A DNA stretch of 64,000 bases from Eledone cirrhosa (Eukaryota), in the NCBI GenBank assembly GCA_964016885.1, contig OZ024760.1, positions 6,944,001 to 7,008,000 of the forward strand, given 5' to 3'. Each line of letters starts with the position of its first letter. The first letter of the stretch is position 1. Under the pieces are notes generated by a model. That model did not search any database, was not told where the DNA came from, and saw nothing but the letters and a program-made list of their open reading frames with translations. A program made the position numbers and the translations under genes. Positions 51,901 to 64,000 of this stretch are shown here, piece by piece.

Positions 51901-53809
51901 GTTCAAGACTTCCCCCTGGACAGGATGCCAGTCTTGAGCCTGCAGGCTTACCAGGTTAGTTCTTATCCTGGTTTCTGTAGTGTGATGTTCAAGACTTCCC
52001 CCTGGACAGGATGCCAGTCTTGAGCCTGCAGGCTTACCAGGTTAGTTCTTATCCTGGTTTCTGTAGTGTGATGTTCAAGACTTCCCCCTGGACAGGACAC
52101 CAGTCTTGAGCCTGCAGGCTTACCAGGTTAGTTCTTATCCTGGTTTCTGTAGTGTGATGTTCAAGACTTCCCCCTGGACAAGACACCAGTCTTGAGCCTG
52201 CAGGCTTACCAGGTTAGTTCTTATCCTGGTTTCTGTAGTGTGATGTTCAAGACTTCCCCCTGGACAGGATGCCAGTCTTGAGCCTGCAGGCTTACCAGGT
52301 TAGTTCTTATCCTGGTTTCTGTAGTGTGATGTTCAAGACTTCCCCCTGGACAAGACACCAGTCTTGAGCCTGCAGGCTTACCAGGTTAGTTCTTATCCTG
52401 GTTTCTGTAGTGTGATGTTCAAGACTTCCCCCTGGACAAGACACCAGTCTTGAGCCTGCAGGCTTACCAGGTTAGTTCTTATCCTGGTTTCTGTAGTGTG
52501 ATGTTCAAGACTTCCCCCTGGACAGGATGCCAGTCTTGAGCCTGCAGGCTTACCAGGTTAGTTCTTATCCTGGTTTCTGTAGTGTGATGTTCAAGACTTC
52601 CCCCTGGACAGGATGCCAGTCTTGAGCCTGCAGGCTTACCAGGTTAGTTCTTATCCTGGTTTCTGTAGTGTGATGTTCAAGACTTCCCCCTGGACAGGAC
52701 ACCAGTCTTGAGCCTGCAGGCTTACCAGGTTAGTTCTTATCCTGGTTTCTGTAGTGTGATGTTCAAGACTCCCCCCTGGACAGGACACCAGTCTTGAGCC
52801 TGCAGGCTTACCAGGTTAGTTCTTATCCTGGTTTCTGTAGTGTGATGTTCAAGACTTCCCCCTGGACAAGACACCAGTCTTGAGCCTGCAGGCTTACCAG
52901 GTTAGTTCTTATCCTGGTTTCTGTAGTGTGATGTTCAAGACTTCCCCCTGGACAGGACACCAGTCTTGAGCCTGAAGGCTTACCAGGTTAGTTCTTATCC
53001 TGGTTTCTGTAGTGTGATGTTCAAGACTTCCCCCTGGACAGGACACCAGTCTTGAGCCTGCAGGCTTACCAGGTTAGTTCTTATCCTGGTTTCTGTAGTG
53101 TGATGTTCAAGACTTCCCCCTGGACAGGACACCAGTCTTGAGCCTGAAGGCTTACCAGGTTAGTTCTTATCCTGGTTTCTGTAGTGTGATGTTCAAGACT
53201 TCCCCCTGGACAGGACACCAGTCTTGAGCCTGCAGGCTTACCAGGTTAGTTCTTATCCTGGTTTCTGTAGTGTGATGTTCAAGACTTCCCCCTGGACAGG
53301 ACACCAGTCTTGAGCCTGCAGGCTTACCAGGTTAGTTCTTATCCTGGTTTCTGTAGTGTGATGTTCAAGACTTCCCCCTGGACAGGACACCAGTCTTGAG
53401 CCTGCAGGCTTACCAGGTTAGTTCTTATCCTGGTTTCTGTAGTGTGATGTTCAAGACTCCCCCCTGGACAGGACACCAGTCTTGAGCCTGCAGGCTTACC
53501 AGGTTAGTTCTTATCCTGGTTTCTGTAGTGTGATGTTCAAGACTTCCCCCTGGACAGGACACCAGTCTTGAGCCTGAAGGCTTACCAGGTTAGTTCTTAT
53601 CCTGGTTTCTGTAGTGTGATGTTCAAGACTTCCCCCTGGACAGGACACCAGTCTTGAGCCTGCAGGCTTACCAGGTTAGTTCTTATCCTGGTTTCTGTAG
53701 TGTGATGTTCAAGACTTCCCCCTGGACAAGACACCAGTCTTGAGCCTGCAGGCTTACCAGGTTAGTTCTTATTCTGGTTTCTGTAGTGTGATGTTCAAGA
53801 CTTCCCCCT
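48994..53809. repeat. 86-bp tandem satellite, 56 units, derived from a SINE 3' module
   Basis: Unit GGACAGGACACCAGTCTTGAGCCTGCAGGCTTACCAGGTTAGTTCTTATCCTGGTTTCTGTAGTGTGATGTTCAAGACTTCCCCCT. The span of 4816 bp equals 56 x 86. Confidence 0.97.
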
Positions 53810-54322
53810 GGACAGGATGCCAGTCCATTGCAGGTTAAAAGTCTGTCATGAGCCTGGAGGCTCCTGTTTGTCCTGGTTTCTGTGGCATTAAGTCACTGAG
53901 AGTACAAGACACCAGTCCATCGCAATGTTAAAGTCTGTCTCAAGTCCGGAGGCTCATCAGGCCGGTGTTTATCTCAGTTTCTGTGGTGGTAAGCAACTGA
54001 GAATATACCTACCTCTGGGACAGGACACCAGTCCATCACATGATTAAACATCCAGCTATTGCTGGTACTCATTTTCAGTTGAGTATACTGGAGCAATGTG
54101 AAATTAAGTGTTTTACTCTAGAACAAAGGTTGTCAATGGGGGACATATGCCCCCCTGCGGGGCATTTTGGAGCTCCAGGGGGGGGGGGGGGGGTAGGGGG
54201 GGGGGGGTCGAAATGGGTTGAGAACCTGTGCTCTAGAACACAATGCACAACCCAGCCCAGGAATTGAACCCACAACTTTATGATCCTAAGTCAAACACAC
54301 TTACCACTGGTTAACGTGCTCC
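53810..54322 (-). mobile_element. tRNA-head SINE that hosts the satellite
   Basis: Reverse-complement head CCAGTGGTAAG...GGGTTCAATTCC, a CORE-like segment, and 3' modules homologous to the satellite unit. Confidence 0.75.
54124..54230. mobile_element. 107-bp hAT mini-MITE nested in the SINE
   Basis: TIRs CAAAGGTTGTCAA / TTGAGAACCTGTG and a perfect 8-bp TSD CTCTAGAA. Confidence 0.8.
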
Positions 54323-55993
54323 CAACAAAGGATCTCTTCACTAAAAGCACCCAAGCACCAGATGGTGATGGTTGTGGTGGTGGTGGTGGTGGTTTTTGTG
54401 GTTGGTGGATGTAAAATGATGATGATGATGTTGATGATGTTGACTGGTGGTGGTAGGATTGTTGAGGGTGGTGTTTAACCCAGAGGGGATGGAGACTGGC
54501 AGATCAGCTGTCTTGATACCATATCATATGATGATGATCATCATCATCATCATTTAACATTCCTTTTTCTTTGCTAGCAAGGGTTGGACAGGTCTACATA
54601 AACCAAGTCAGTACTGAAGCAGGGCTACTGACCTCCCTGATAGGCCAGGGGGAGGGGTGTCAACGAGTCCTCCCACTCCGATCTATAGTAATTATTTCTA
54701 ACTTTAAGCACAAGACCAGTAATTATCGAGGAAAGGTGAAAGTCAATTATATCAACCCCGGTACTTAACTATGAAAGCTCATGGCTAAAGAGTGTGGCCT
54801 AGTGGTTAACCCTTTAGCATTTAAACTGGCTCTATCCGGCCAGAATTCTCTCACCTCTGGCTGTTCAAACCAGCCATAACTGGCCACTCATGCCACTGTT
54901 AAGGTATTGTTCTCAAAATAAATAACATCAAAATTTCATAGCTTTGATATTATGTGAGATAAAGCCTTTACTGTGAAAATACAATAGTAAATATAGAGTA
55001 ATGTAAATGTTGTGAATTCGATACCTGGACTGGTTTGTGTGTTGTATTGTACCAGCAATGGCTGGAGCTTGAAGTTTTCATATTATAAGACCAGAGACAT
55101 TCTCAGGAACTTTTGTGTCCAAAAGGTTTAAATTAACAATTTTTTTGTTTGTTTTTTAATTAGTCAATACAATCCCAGACCTCATTCACTTACTAGGTGG
55201 GGTGAAACTCGTCAAATCGGTCCAAAGAAACAATGTTTCTATTGGTCCTTTCCATTGTTGATACTATCTTATGGGCTCAGGTTTGGTATCAAAGAGATTA
55301 AAATTAACAGTATGGTAAAACCAGGGTCAGTTTCAGAGGGTTTTGTCTTTAAAAAGGGTTAAAATTAACAATTTTTGTATCATAAAACCAGGGCCAGTTT
55401 CAGAGGGTTTTGTCTAAAAAAAAAAGGGTTAAAATTAAAAATTTTAATATCATAAAAACCAGGATCAGTTTCAAGTTTATTTTATACAAGTATACATAAA
55501 AAAGGTTTAAATTAATATGATAAAACCAGGTCCATTTTCAGGAGTTTTGGTACCAACCAACCCAAAATTAAGTTTACTACATGTTGATGATATTAGAAAA
55601 ACAAAACAAAAACCATAAAAAACAATAACAACAAAAATAAAAACAAAAAATAAAAGTAGTTTTTATCCCATTCACATTTATCCGAAACTATTTTAGGGTT
55701 TGTCTTACAATTCTGGCATTGCTTTTGTCTGTGTAGCTGCCAAATAGCTGGCACATCATCAAAGACATACTGCAACAACAAGGTAGATAGCTAGGGAAGT
55801 CTATATTCTAAATACAGGTATGATAACAGTTTGTCTACCTGAGTATGATAAACTTTCACTAAGAGGCTTTATGGCTGGCTGAAAGTTTTACTTCACCACA
55901 CAAATATTTTCACCTTGAAATAAATTATTTTTATCATTTCCTGTTTTTGTTTTTGTTGCTTTTTTTTTTTTTTTTTTAAATTGTGTTTTATGT

Positions 55994-56915
55994 CAGTCAC
56001 TCCAGGTAGAGCTGCTACTTCTCCGAATTGAGAGATCACAGCTCTGATACTATGGACATGTGGTTAGAAAGTCTCAGGAAAGAATAGCTGGACATATTTG
56101 TAGCTTGGAGATCAGACAGTCACTCCAGGTAGAGCTGCCACTTCTCCGAATTGAGAGATCACAGCTCTGATACTATGGACATGTGGTTAGAAAGTCTCAG
56201 GAAAGAATAGCTGGACATATTTGTAGCTTGGAGATCAGACAGTCACTCCAGGTAGAGCCTCTACTTCTCCGAATTGAGAGATCACAGCTCCGATACTATG
56301 GACATGTGGTTAGAAAGTCTCAGGAAAGAATCACTGGACAGATTTGTAGCTTGGAGATCAGACAGTCACTCCAGGTAGAGCCTCTACTTCTCCGAATTGA
56401 GAGATCACAGCTCCGATACTATGGGCATGTGGTTAGAAAGTCTCAGGAAAGAATCGCTGGACAGATTTGTAGTTCAGAGATCAGACAGTCACTCCAGGTA
56501 GAGCCTCTACTTCTCCGAATTGAGAGATCACAGCTCCGATACTATGGACATGTGGTTAGAAAGTCTCAGGAAAGAATCACTGGACAGATTTGTAGCTTGG
56601 AGATCAGACAGTCACTCCAGGTAGAGCCCCTACTTCTCCGAATTGAGAGATCACAGCTCCGATACTATGGACATGTGGTTAGAATGTCTCAGGAAAGAAT
56701 CGCTGGACAGATTTTACGGGCAAAACCAACAGGTAGGAAACCCAGGGGTAGACCCAGAGCAAGATCATTGGATAACATCAATGAGCTTGGCTTGTCTCGA
56801 TTGGGGATCCAGCCAGATCAGCTAGAGACGGTTGCTTCTGACAGGACTTGCTGGAAGGAGTGTTTGAGGACTCTGCCCCCCACGACTCTTTCAGGAATAA
56901 GTGGGCGAAGAAGTT
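55994..56915 (+). mobile_element. Rex3/Expander-like RTE 3' end with five extra 123-bp tandem copies of a coding segment
   Basis: Units start at 55994, 56117, 56240, 56363, 56486 and 56609. Each encodes EPLLLRIERSQLRYYGHVVR, and the last runs into GRKPRGRPR and the tail. Confidence 0.88.
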
Positions 56916-56961
56916 TAATGCCATTTATTTATTATTATTATTTTGATTCTTCTTCTTATTG

Positions 56962-56997
<36 letters not shown>

Positions 56998-57184
56998 GGG
57001 TGGTGGTTTGGCAGTATTGGTAGAGAGTCGGACGCCATACTTTGCAGCATAGAGTTACGACCCTTTACAGTCTGAGTTCAAATCCCGCCGAAGTTAACTT
57101 TGCCTTTCATCCTTACGGGGTTGATAAAATAAAGTACCAGTAATGTACTGGGTCATTGCTGGCCTTGTACCTAAAGTAGAAACA

Positions 57185-57215
<31 letters not shown>

Positions 57216-57557
57216 GGGTGGTGGTTTGGCAGTATTGGTAGAGGGTCAGACGCCATGCTTTGCAGCATAGAGTTACGACCCTTTATGATCTGAGTTCAAA
57301 TCCCACCGAGGTTAACTTTACTTTTCATCCTTACGTGGTCGATATAAAATAAAGTACCAGTCACCCACTGGGGTCGATGTAATCGACTTCCTCTTCCCTC
57401 CCTCCAAATTGCTGGCCTTGTGCCTATATAAAAACCATTATTATTATTATTCAAATCCCGCCGAGATTTATTTTGCCTTTCATCCTTACGGGGTCGATAA
57501 AATAAAGTACCAGTAATACACTGGGTAATTGCTGGCCTTGTGCCTAAAGTAGAAACA

Positions 57558-57602
<45 letters not shown>

Positions 57603-58020
57603 GGGTGGTGGTTTGGCAGTATCGGTAGAGGGTCGGACGCCATGCTTTCCAGCATAGAGTTACGTCCCTTTACGATCTGAGTTCAAATCCCACCGAGGTT
57701 GATTTGGCTTTTCATCCTTACGGGGTTGATAAAATAAAGTACCAGTAATGCACTGGTGTAATTGCTGGCCTTGTGCCTAAAGTAGAAACAATTTTTATTA
57801 TTATTATTAGGGTGGTGGTTTGGCAGTATCGGTAGAGGGTCGGACGCCATGCTTTCCAGCATAGAGTTACGTCCCTTTACGATCTGAGTTCAAATCCCAC
57901 CGAGGTTGATTTGGCTTTTCATCCTTACGGGGTCGATAAAATAAAGTACCAGTAATGCACTGGGAAATTGCTGGCCTTGTACCTAACGTAGAAACAATTA
58001 TTATTATTATTATTATAATT
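56998..58020 (+). mobile_element. Head-to-tail array of about five Nin-domain SINEs in (ATT)n
   Basis: GGGTGGTGGTTTGGCAGTAT...GAGTTCAAATCC...AGAAACAATT(ATT)n, repeated. Confidence 0.88.
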
Positions 58021-58515
58021 ATTGTTGGTTTTGTTAATTCCAATGTTTATAGTATCTTTACTAGTGAACAGATGTGAAAATCTGCAGTATTAGAGTAAAT
58101 ACTTTAGTTTTTAATACGAATGTAACCATAGTACTGGTTTATAGTTTCCAAGGATGTCTAAAAAACAACAACAACAACACAAAGGAAAGTCTTGTTATAC
58201 AATGTAATTGTTTCTACTTTTGGCACAAGGCCAGCAATTAACCCAGTGCATTACTGGTACTTTATTTTATCGACCCCCGTAAGGATGAAAAGCAAAGTTA
58301 ACCTCAGCGGGATTTGAACTCAGAATGGCTAGGGCCGTAACTCTATGCGTCATAACATGACGTCCGACCCTCTACCAATACAATGTAATGTCAGATACAT
58401 TGTCTCTGAAAATAAATGGGTGTGGGCAAGGGCTAGAATGTGTTTGATCACAGCTCTGCTTAATCAGGACTTACCTGAGGCTAAGCAACGAGAACAACAA
58501 CAACAGCAACAGCAA

Positions 58516-58553
<38 letters not shown>

Positions 58554-59214
58554 GCCAGCAATAAGCACCAGTACTCAAGTAGCTCTCATCTTCAAGTAGA
58601 GATTTATAATTCTTATCTAATTAATTGACTTATCAATGATAACTGATAAATATACTTGAGATGAAATCAGAAGAAAGAAATGCTGGAAGAAATGACAAAG
58701 ATTAATAAATATCATTAAGCTTTTAACGTCCTGTACCACATCAAACCACACCAGCAAGACATTCTTGAAAACTATAAGAACAGCACAATGACTGCATCAC
58801 AGAAAGCTTTTACTCTCAATATATATATACAGTATGCCCCCATCCCCTCCCACTGTAAAGTGTTCATGTAAGTGTCACGACAAAAAGCACGCAGTCCACA
58901 CTGTAAAGTGGTCATGTAAATATCACGAAAAAGCACACAGTCCACACTGTAAAGTTGTCATATAGGTGTCACAACAAAGCAGCCCCATCCACATTGTAAA
59001 GTGGTCATGTAGGTGTCATGACATAGACGTGTAGGCGTCACGGAAAAAAAAGCACCCAGCACTCACTGTAAATGAGGTTGGTGTTAGGAAGGGCATCTAG
59101 CTGTAGAAATCAAGCCAGAATCAGTTCCCGTCCCACCCTTGCAAGCAGGGAAAAGCGGACATAAAATGAGGAAATGAGGATATATATAAATATATATATA
59201 TGTATATATATGTA

Positions 59215-59790
59215 GGAGGTGAGTTTTATTGTAGTACAATAAAGCAATGCAGATATCGGATAAGTAGCACTCTATATGTTGATTTAAAACTGCACTATTC
59301 ACAAGTGTCTCCCTATTTTATCTGACGAAAACGCAAATGTTATTGCATGATGATATTTGTTTTTGAAATGCGCATAATAAAATACATGGAACTCTTTTAA
59401 CCATCTTTTGATCTTATATATTATATATGTATATATATATATGTATCAAAGGGTTCCCCAGGGGCACAAACCCCCGCTCAAATTTTTTCCCTTTGATTTA
59501 TATGAAATTTTGTGAATAGGCATCATATCTTGTCATTTACCTATAGTTTAAATTTTATATAAATCAAAGGGAACAAATTTTCAGCAGTGGTTTGTACCCC
59601 CGGGGAACTCTTTGATACATATATATATATATATACATATAATATATAAGATCAAAAGATGGTTAAAAGAGTTCCATGTATTTTATTATGCGCATTTCAA
59701 AAACAATTATCATCATGCAATAACATTTGCGTTTTCGTCAGATAAAATAGGGAGACATGATATGAAGGTTAAAACACACTTGTGAATAAT
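59215..59790. mobile_element. Inverted pair of family A hammerhead elements (cores ~59314-59383 plus, ~59679-59749 minus) around Helitron DNA
   Basis: Both arms carry CTGACGA...GAAATGCGCATA. The loop at 59445-59617 matches the Helitron at 5720-5825. Confidence 0.78.
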
Positions 59791-60262
59791 GTGAAATATA
59801 CTTATCCAAGTACCCTGGGCAATGTAGTTTCAGAATATACATGGTTATGGGGGGGGGGGGGGGGGGTCTATCTCCAGAACCATAGGAGGAGTTCGTGAAC
59901 AAAAAAGCAAACAAATAGAGAGGTACTACAGCTTTATATATATTCTTTCACTCTCTATTCGTCTCTGAGAGAAATCTGCTGTATTCAGACCTACAGAGGG
60001 ATGGCTTCCGCCAGGTTAAATAATTGTTTCTGCTTTAGGCACAAGGCCAGCAATTACCCAGTGCATTACTGGTACTTTATTTTATCGACCCCGTAAGGAT
60101 GAAAGGCAAAGTTAACCTCGGCGGGATTTGAACTCAGACTGTAAAGGGACGTAACTATGCTAGAAAGCATGGTGTCTGACGCTCTACCGATTCTGCCAAT
60201 GCCCTAAGAACGCTGTATGTCAATACGGCGCCTCAATGACACCTTCGGGAATTACGGGACCA

Positions 60263-60684
<422 letters not shown>

Positions 60685-60815
60685 AAATATATATATATAT
60701 ATATTTAAAGGTTAAACAAGGTTCAATGAATAAATCAAAGAATGAGTTTTACAATAGACACTACCATGACTGAATCTTAACCATCTACTATGTCAGGGTA
60801 TGTCATGCATCATCT

Positions 60816-60882
60816 TATTTTATCTGATGAGGACGTACTGTTGAAGATAGCTCAGTACCTCTGAAATATGTATAATAAAATA
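60816..60882 (+). ncRNA. Type-I hammerhead ribozyme (family A-like, different stem II)
   Basis: TATTTTAT-CTGATGA-GGACGTACTG..loop..CAGTACCTCT-GAAA-TATGTA-TA-ATAAAATA. Confidence 0.72.
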
Positions 60883-60923
60883 TACTTGATCACACGAATG
60901 TCTAATTTTGTTAATATTTTGAA

Positions 60924-60978
<55 letters not shown>

Positions 60979-61127
60979 TTACACACATATATATGCGTGT
61001 AGGTATCTGTGCTTTCTTTGATATGCTGCGTCGTTAATATCGATTTTTGTACGGTTTAATGCGAAATGGTCTCAGCCGTTCGTTCACAGATCCTAACGAC
61101 ACGGTGTGAAGAGGGTTAATGATACAT

Positions 61128-61172
<45 letters not shown>

Positions 61173-61366
61173 GGAACAAGTAAGACCCCGACGTCTGAGC
61201 TCAAGCCGTTTCGACGGCTAATTCTGTACTGTACAGAATTAGCCGTCGAAACGGCTTGAGCTCAGCCGTCGGGGTCTTACTGGTTCCTATTACCCACTCT
61301 ACTACCCTAAGTATTGAGTACTTTGGTGCGTTATGGTCCACCTGGTTCCTTACCACATTTCCTTCG

Positions 61367-61420
<54 letters not shown>

Positions 61421-61566
61421 GTATGTATATGTGTATATATATATATACACACGCGAAATATGTAATATGATGACGTAATATATATATATATATATATACA
61501 TATACACACACACGCACTCACACACATATATATATATATATTTATATATATATTTATATATATATT

Positions 61567-61602
<36 letters not shown>

Positions 61603-61984
61603 CAGAGATACATACATAATAATGAAAATAATTGTTTCTACGTTAGGCACAAGGCCAGCAAATACCCAGTGCATTTACTGGTACTTTATTTTATCGACCC
61701 CGTAAGGATAATAATGAAATTATTGCGTACAGTGCTCATATATATATATATATATATATATATGTATTGATCAGCTTTTTATATAACGATTGGTTTGACA
61801 GAGAAAGAGACACAAGCAGAGACAGAGGTAGTGAGAGAGAGAGATATTAAAAAACATGCTTAAGAGCAACAGATAATATATTATACAATAATTCAAATAA
61901 AAATAATCATTAAAACATTCGTGTCAATATAACCTAGTTTTCATTTGACTATTTATTTTCCATTTTTGTTGTTGGGTTTTGTAT

Positions 61985-62280
61985 TAAAAAAAAACTTCAG
62001 TGACGGTGGAAACAGATTGTAATAAAATAAAAAATTAAAAAAAAAATGTATTTAGCTACAATTTTAAATATATACATAAAAAAACCTAATAAATATAAAA
62101 ACAGGGACAAAAATGATAAAGAGGAAGGAAAATGAAGAAAAAAAAGGAAGAAATGGTACAGTTTCAGGCAAGCCAGTACGCTCGCAACATTACCACGGGT
62201 GATGGCGAGGCTAAGGCGTTGAAATAACCAGGCACCCTCACGGGCATCACCTGACACCCCAGTAAGGCGAGCTGGCAGTG
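61985..62280 (-). mobile_element. CRE-like (restriction-like endonuclease) non-LTR retrotransposon 3' end
   Basis: SGDAREGAWLFQRLSLAITRGNVASVL resembles the QRLS.A..RGN C-terminal motif of CRE-clade elements. The 3' region is T-rich. Confidence 0.6.
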
Positions 62281-63151
62281 GAGACAAGAACCCCACAGGC
62301 TGGAAAAAATATTTGCAACGGTACAACTTTAAAAAAGGAACGCGTATGTGAGTATGTATGTATGAAAGTAGACTGAAAACTTCAGAGGCTGACTGTGATG
62401 CTAGAGCTGTGAAATTTTGCATGCATTAATTTCAATTCTTTTTATCATTAACTGCAAATCCCGTCGTGGTCAGCTTTGCCTTTCATTCTTTCGAGGTCGA
62501 TAAAAAGGTACCAGTCCAGTACTGGATCGATTCTTACTCTATAGAAAAAATCGGCTGTGTTCAGACCTGCAGAGGGTTGGGCTCCGCCAGGTTTAAATGT
62601 GCCCTATACACTCCGGATGAGGGTACCTCTGCAACTCCACAAAGAGTTATGGGATCTTTATGCTTTTTTATCTTGGTCATAGGCTGACTATGAAGGAGTG
62701 ATGCTTGAGCTGTGAAATCTTGCATTCGTTAATTTCAACTCTTCTTATTAATAACTGCATTGTTTCCTTTTAAGAACTATGTTGAAAAATAAACCTCATT
62801 TGGTCATTCAAATGAAAGTATCTTGGTCATAGACTGATTATGAAGGAGTGATGCTAGAGCTGTGAAATCTATGTATGTATTTGTGTTTATGTGTGTATGT
62901 ATGTACCCCCCTCCTCTCTCGCTCTCTCTCTTTATATATTTATATATTCATCGTCGACAGTAAAATTGGCAAAAGATGTTAACGTTTTCGAAATTGGAGA
63001 TATTCGGACATGTAGTTGGTAAATAATTATCTTTTTTGTATTATTTATTGATTCTGAAGAATTCAGTACAGAGGAATAAAATGGTACTTTCTTCTGTATT
63101 TGTAAGAAACGTTCGTACATCTGTTAAATAATGTAATTAAACTCACCCACA

Positions 63152-63184
<33 letters not shown>

Positions 63185-63187
<3 letters not shown>

Positions 63188-63478
63188 GAAAAATTGAACA
63201 GGGACAGAACAGAGAGGCAGTACGATAAATGTTTATTAAATTCACGCTCAGGAGAGTGGGGGGTAGGTGGAGGACGACGTTTCGGGCATAAGCCCTTCTT
63301 CAGGTGAGAGTTCAAAAGGTGTGTAGGGGAGTGGTGGAGAGACATATAGCGAAAGGAAACGGTACGAATGAAAAATTAACAAATAAAGACAAAAATATAA
63401 TAAATAATAAATAAAAATAAAGCATGATCAAAATACAAGGAATGAGAACATTTAAAAATAAAGGCATGATCAAAATAA
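63185..63478 (-). mobile_element. Family B hammerhead element in (TA)n (core 63274-63305)
   Basis: Reverse complement: CTGAAGA-A-GGGC-TTAT-GCCC-GAAAC-GTC. Homologous to 10135-10437. Confidence 0.75.
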
Positions 63479-63536
63479 TATATATATATATATATACGCC
63501 CCAACATAGTAGCCGTCGACGCCCCATCAGGGACTG

Positions 63537-64000
63537 CCAGATTTCTTCAGACGTCTAGAGACCTTTCTTGGAACGTCCCGCTCTTTAGTGTTAATGGGTG
63601 ACTGGAACGGTATCTTAGATGCACGCTGGGGTTATGTGGGGCTAGTAGACAGGGCAGGAGGGTGTAAAAGCCTCAACAACCTGCTCAGACGTTTTGAACT
63701 GTCTGACAGGTATAGACTGGATTATCCGAATGTGCCAATGTGGACATGGGCAAACCGCATCGGGTCATCCAGATCATATTTAGATAGGGTATTCTGTAGG
63801 GAAACAGATAAGGCTAGTGTAGGTCGTCCACAATTTAAAGTAGTCGACTACACGGACCAGAAATTTGTGATCTGTGAAGTTGACTTAGATAGACTCCATT
63901 GGCAAGGGCCCGGTTACTGGAAGCTGAACGCGTCGTTCCCGGCGCGCAAAGCTTACAGAGACCGGATTAGTGAATTAGTTAAGCGTGCGTTGACGGGTGC
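63537..64000 (+). mobile_element. Tx1/L1 ORF2 AP-endonuclease region, running off the window end (absent from the ORF track)
   Basis: Manual translation: PDFFRRLE..LVLMGDWN..MWTW..SRSYLDRVF..YTDQK..GPGYWKLN. The usual DH is DQ and there is an upstream frameshift, so it is probably inactive. Confidence 0.85.

Noticed and set aside
48994-53809. CRISPR array or tandem hammerhead (retrozyme) array
   Set aside because: There are no unique spacers or cas genes and the context is eukaryotic. The CTGANGA core is missing from the unit on both strands.
53940-53985. CTGATGAG in the SINE 3' module as a hammerhead
   Set aside because: It is followed by GAGAC rather than GAAA, and stems I and III cannot be formed.
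62932-63120. 62-aa ORF or terminal exon on the minus strand
   Set aside because: No recognisable homology, and no partner exon can be linked.

Overview
This is AT-rich, repeat-saturated eukaryotic DNA. The dense (TA)n/(GATA)n/(ATT)n microsatellites, RTE LINEs and Nin- and CORE-type tRNA-SINEs suggest a coleoid cephalopod such as Octopus (inference, not verified). The only host gene I can support is a 3-exon HYPK on the minus strand (36354-36199, 31004-30897, 25503-25408; 119 aa). The rest is mobile or repetitive: RTE LINEs (one with an open 566-aa RT+PHD-finger ORF), Rex3/Expander-like, Tx1/L1, CR1, R4/Dong-like and CRE-like fragments, SINEs, a Helitron, hAT and piggyBac MITEs, a 56 x 86-bp SINE-derived satellite and several minisatellites. 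The most striking unannotated signal is about 14 minimal type-I hammerhead ribozyme cores. They sit in several families of short non-coding elements embedded in (TA)n, often arranged as fold-back palindromes and sharing a terminal TACTC..GAGTA hairpin, consistent with Penelope-like pseudo-LTR mini-elements. Other points of interest are a Tx1 family apparently targeting ATCTAT/(GATA)n and RTE LINEs that carry SINE-body sequence in their 3' UTR. Most ORFs in the supplied track are microsatellite artefacts.
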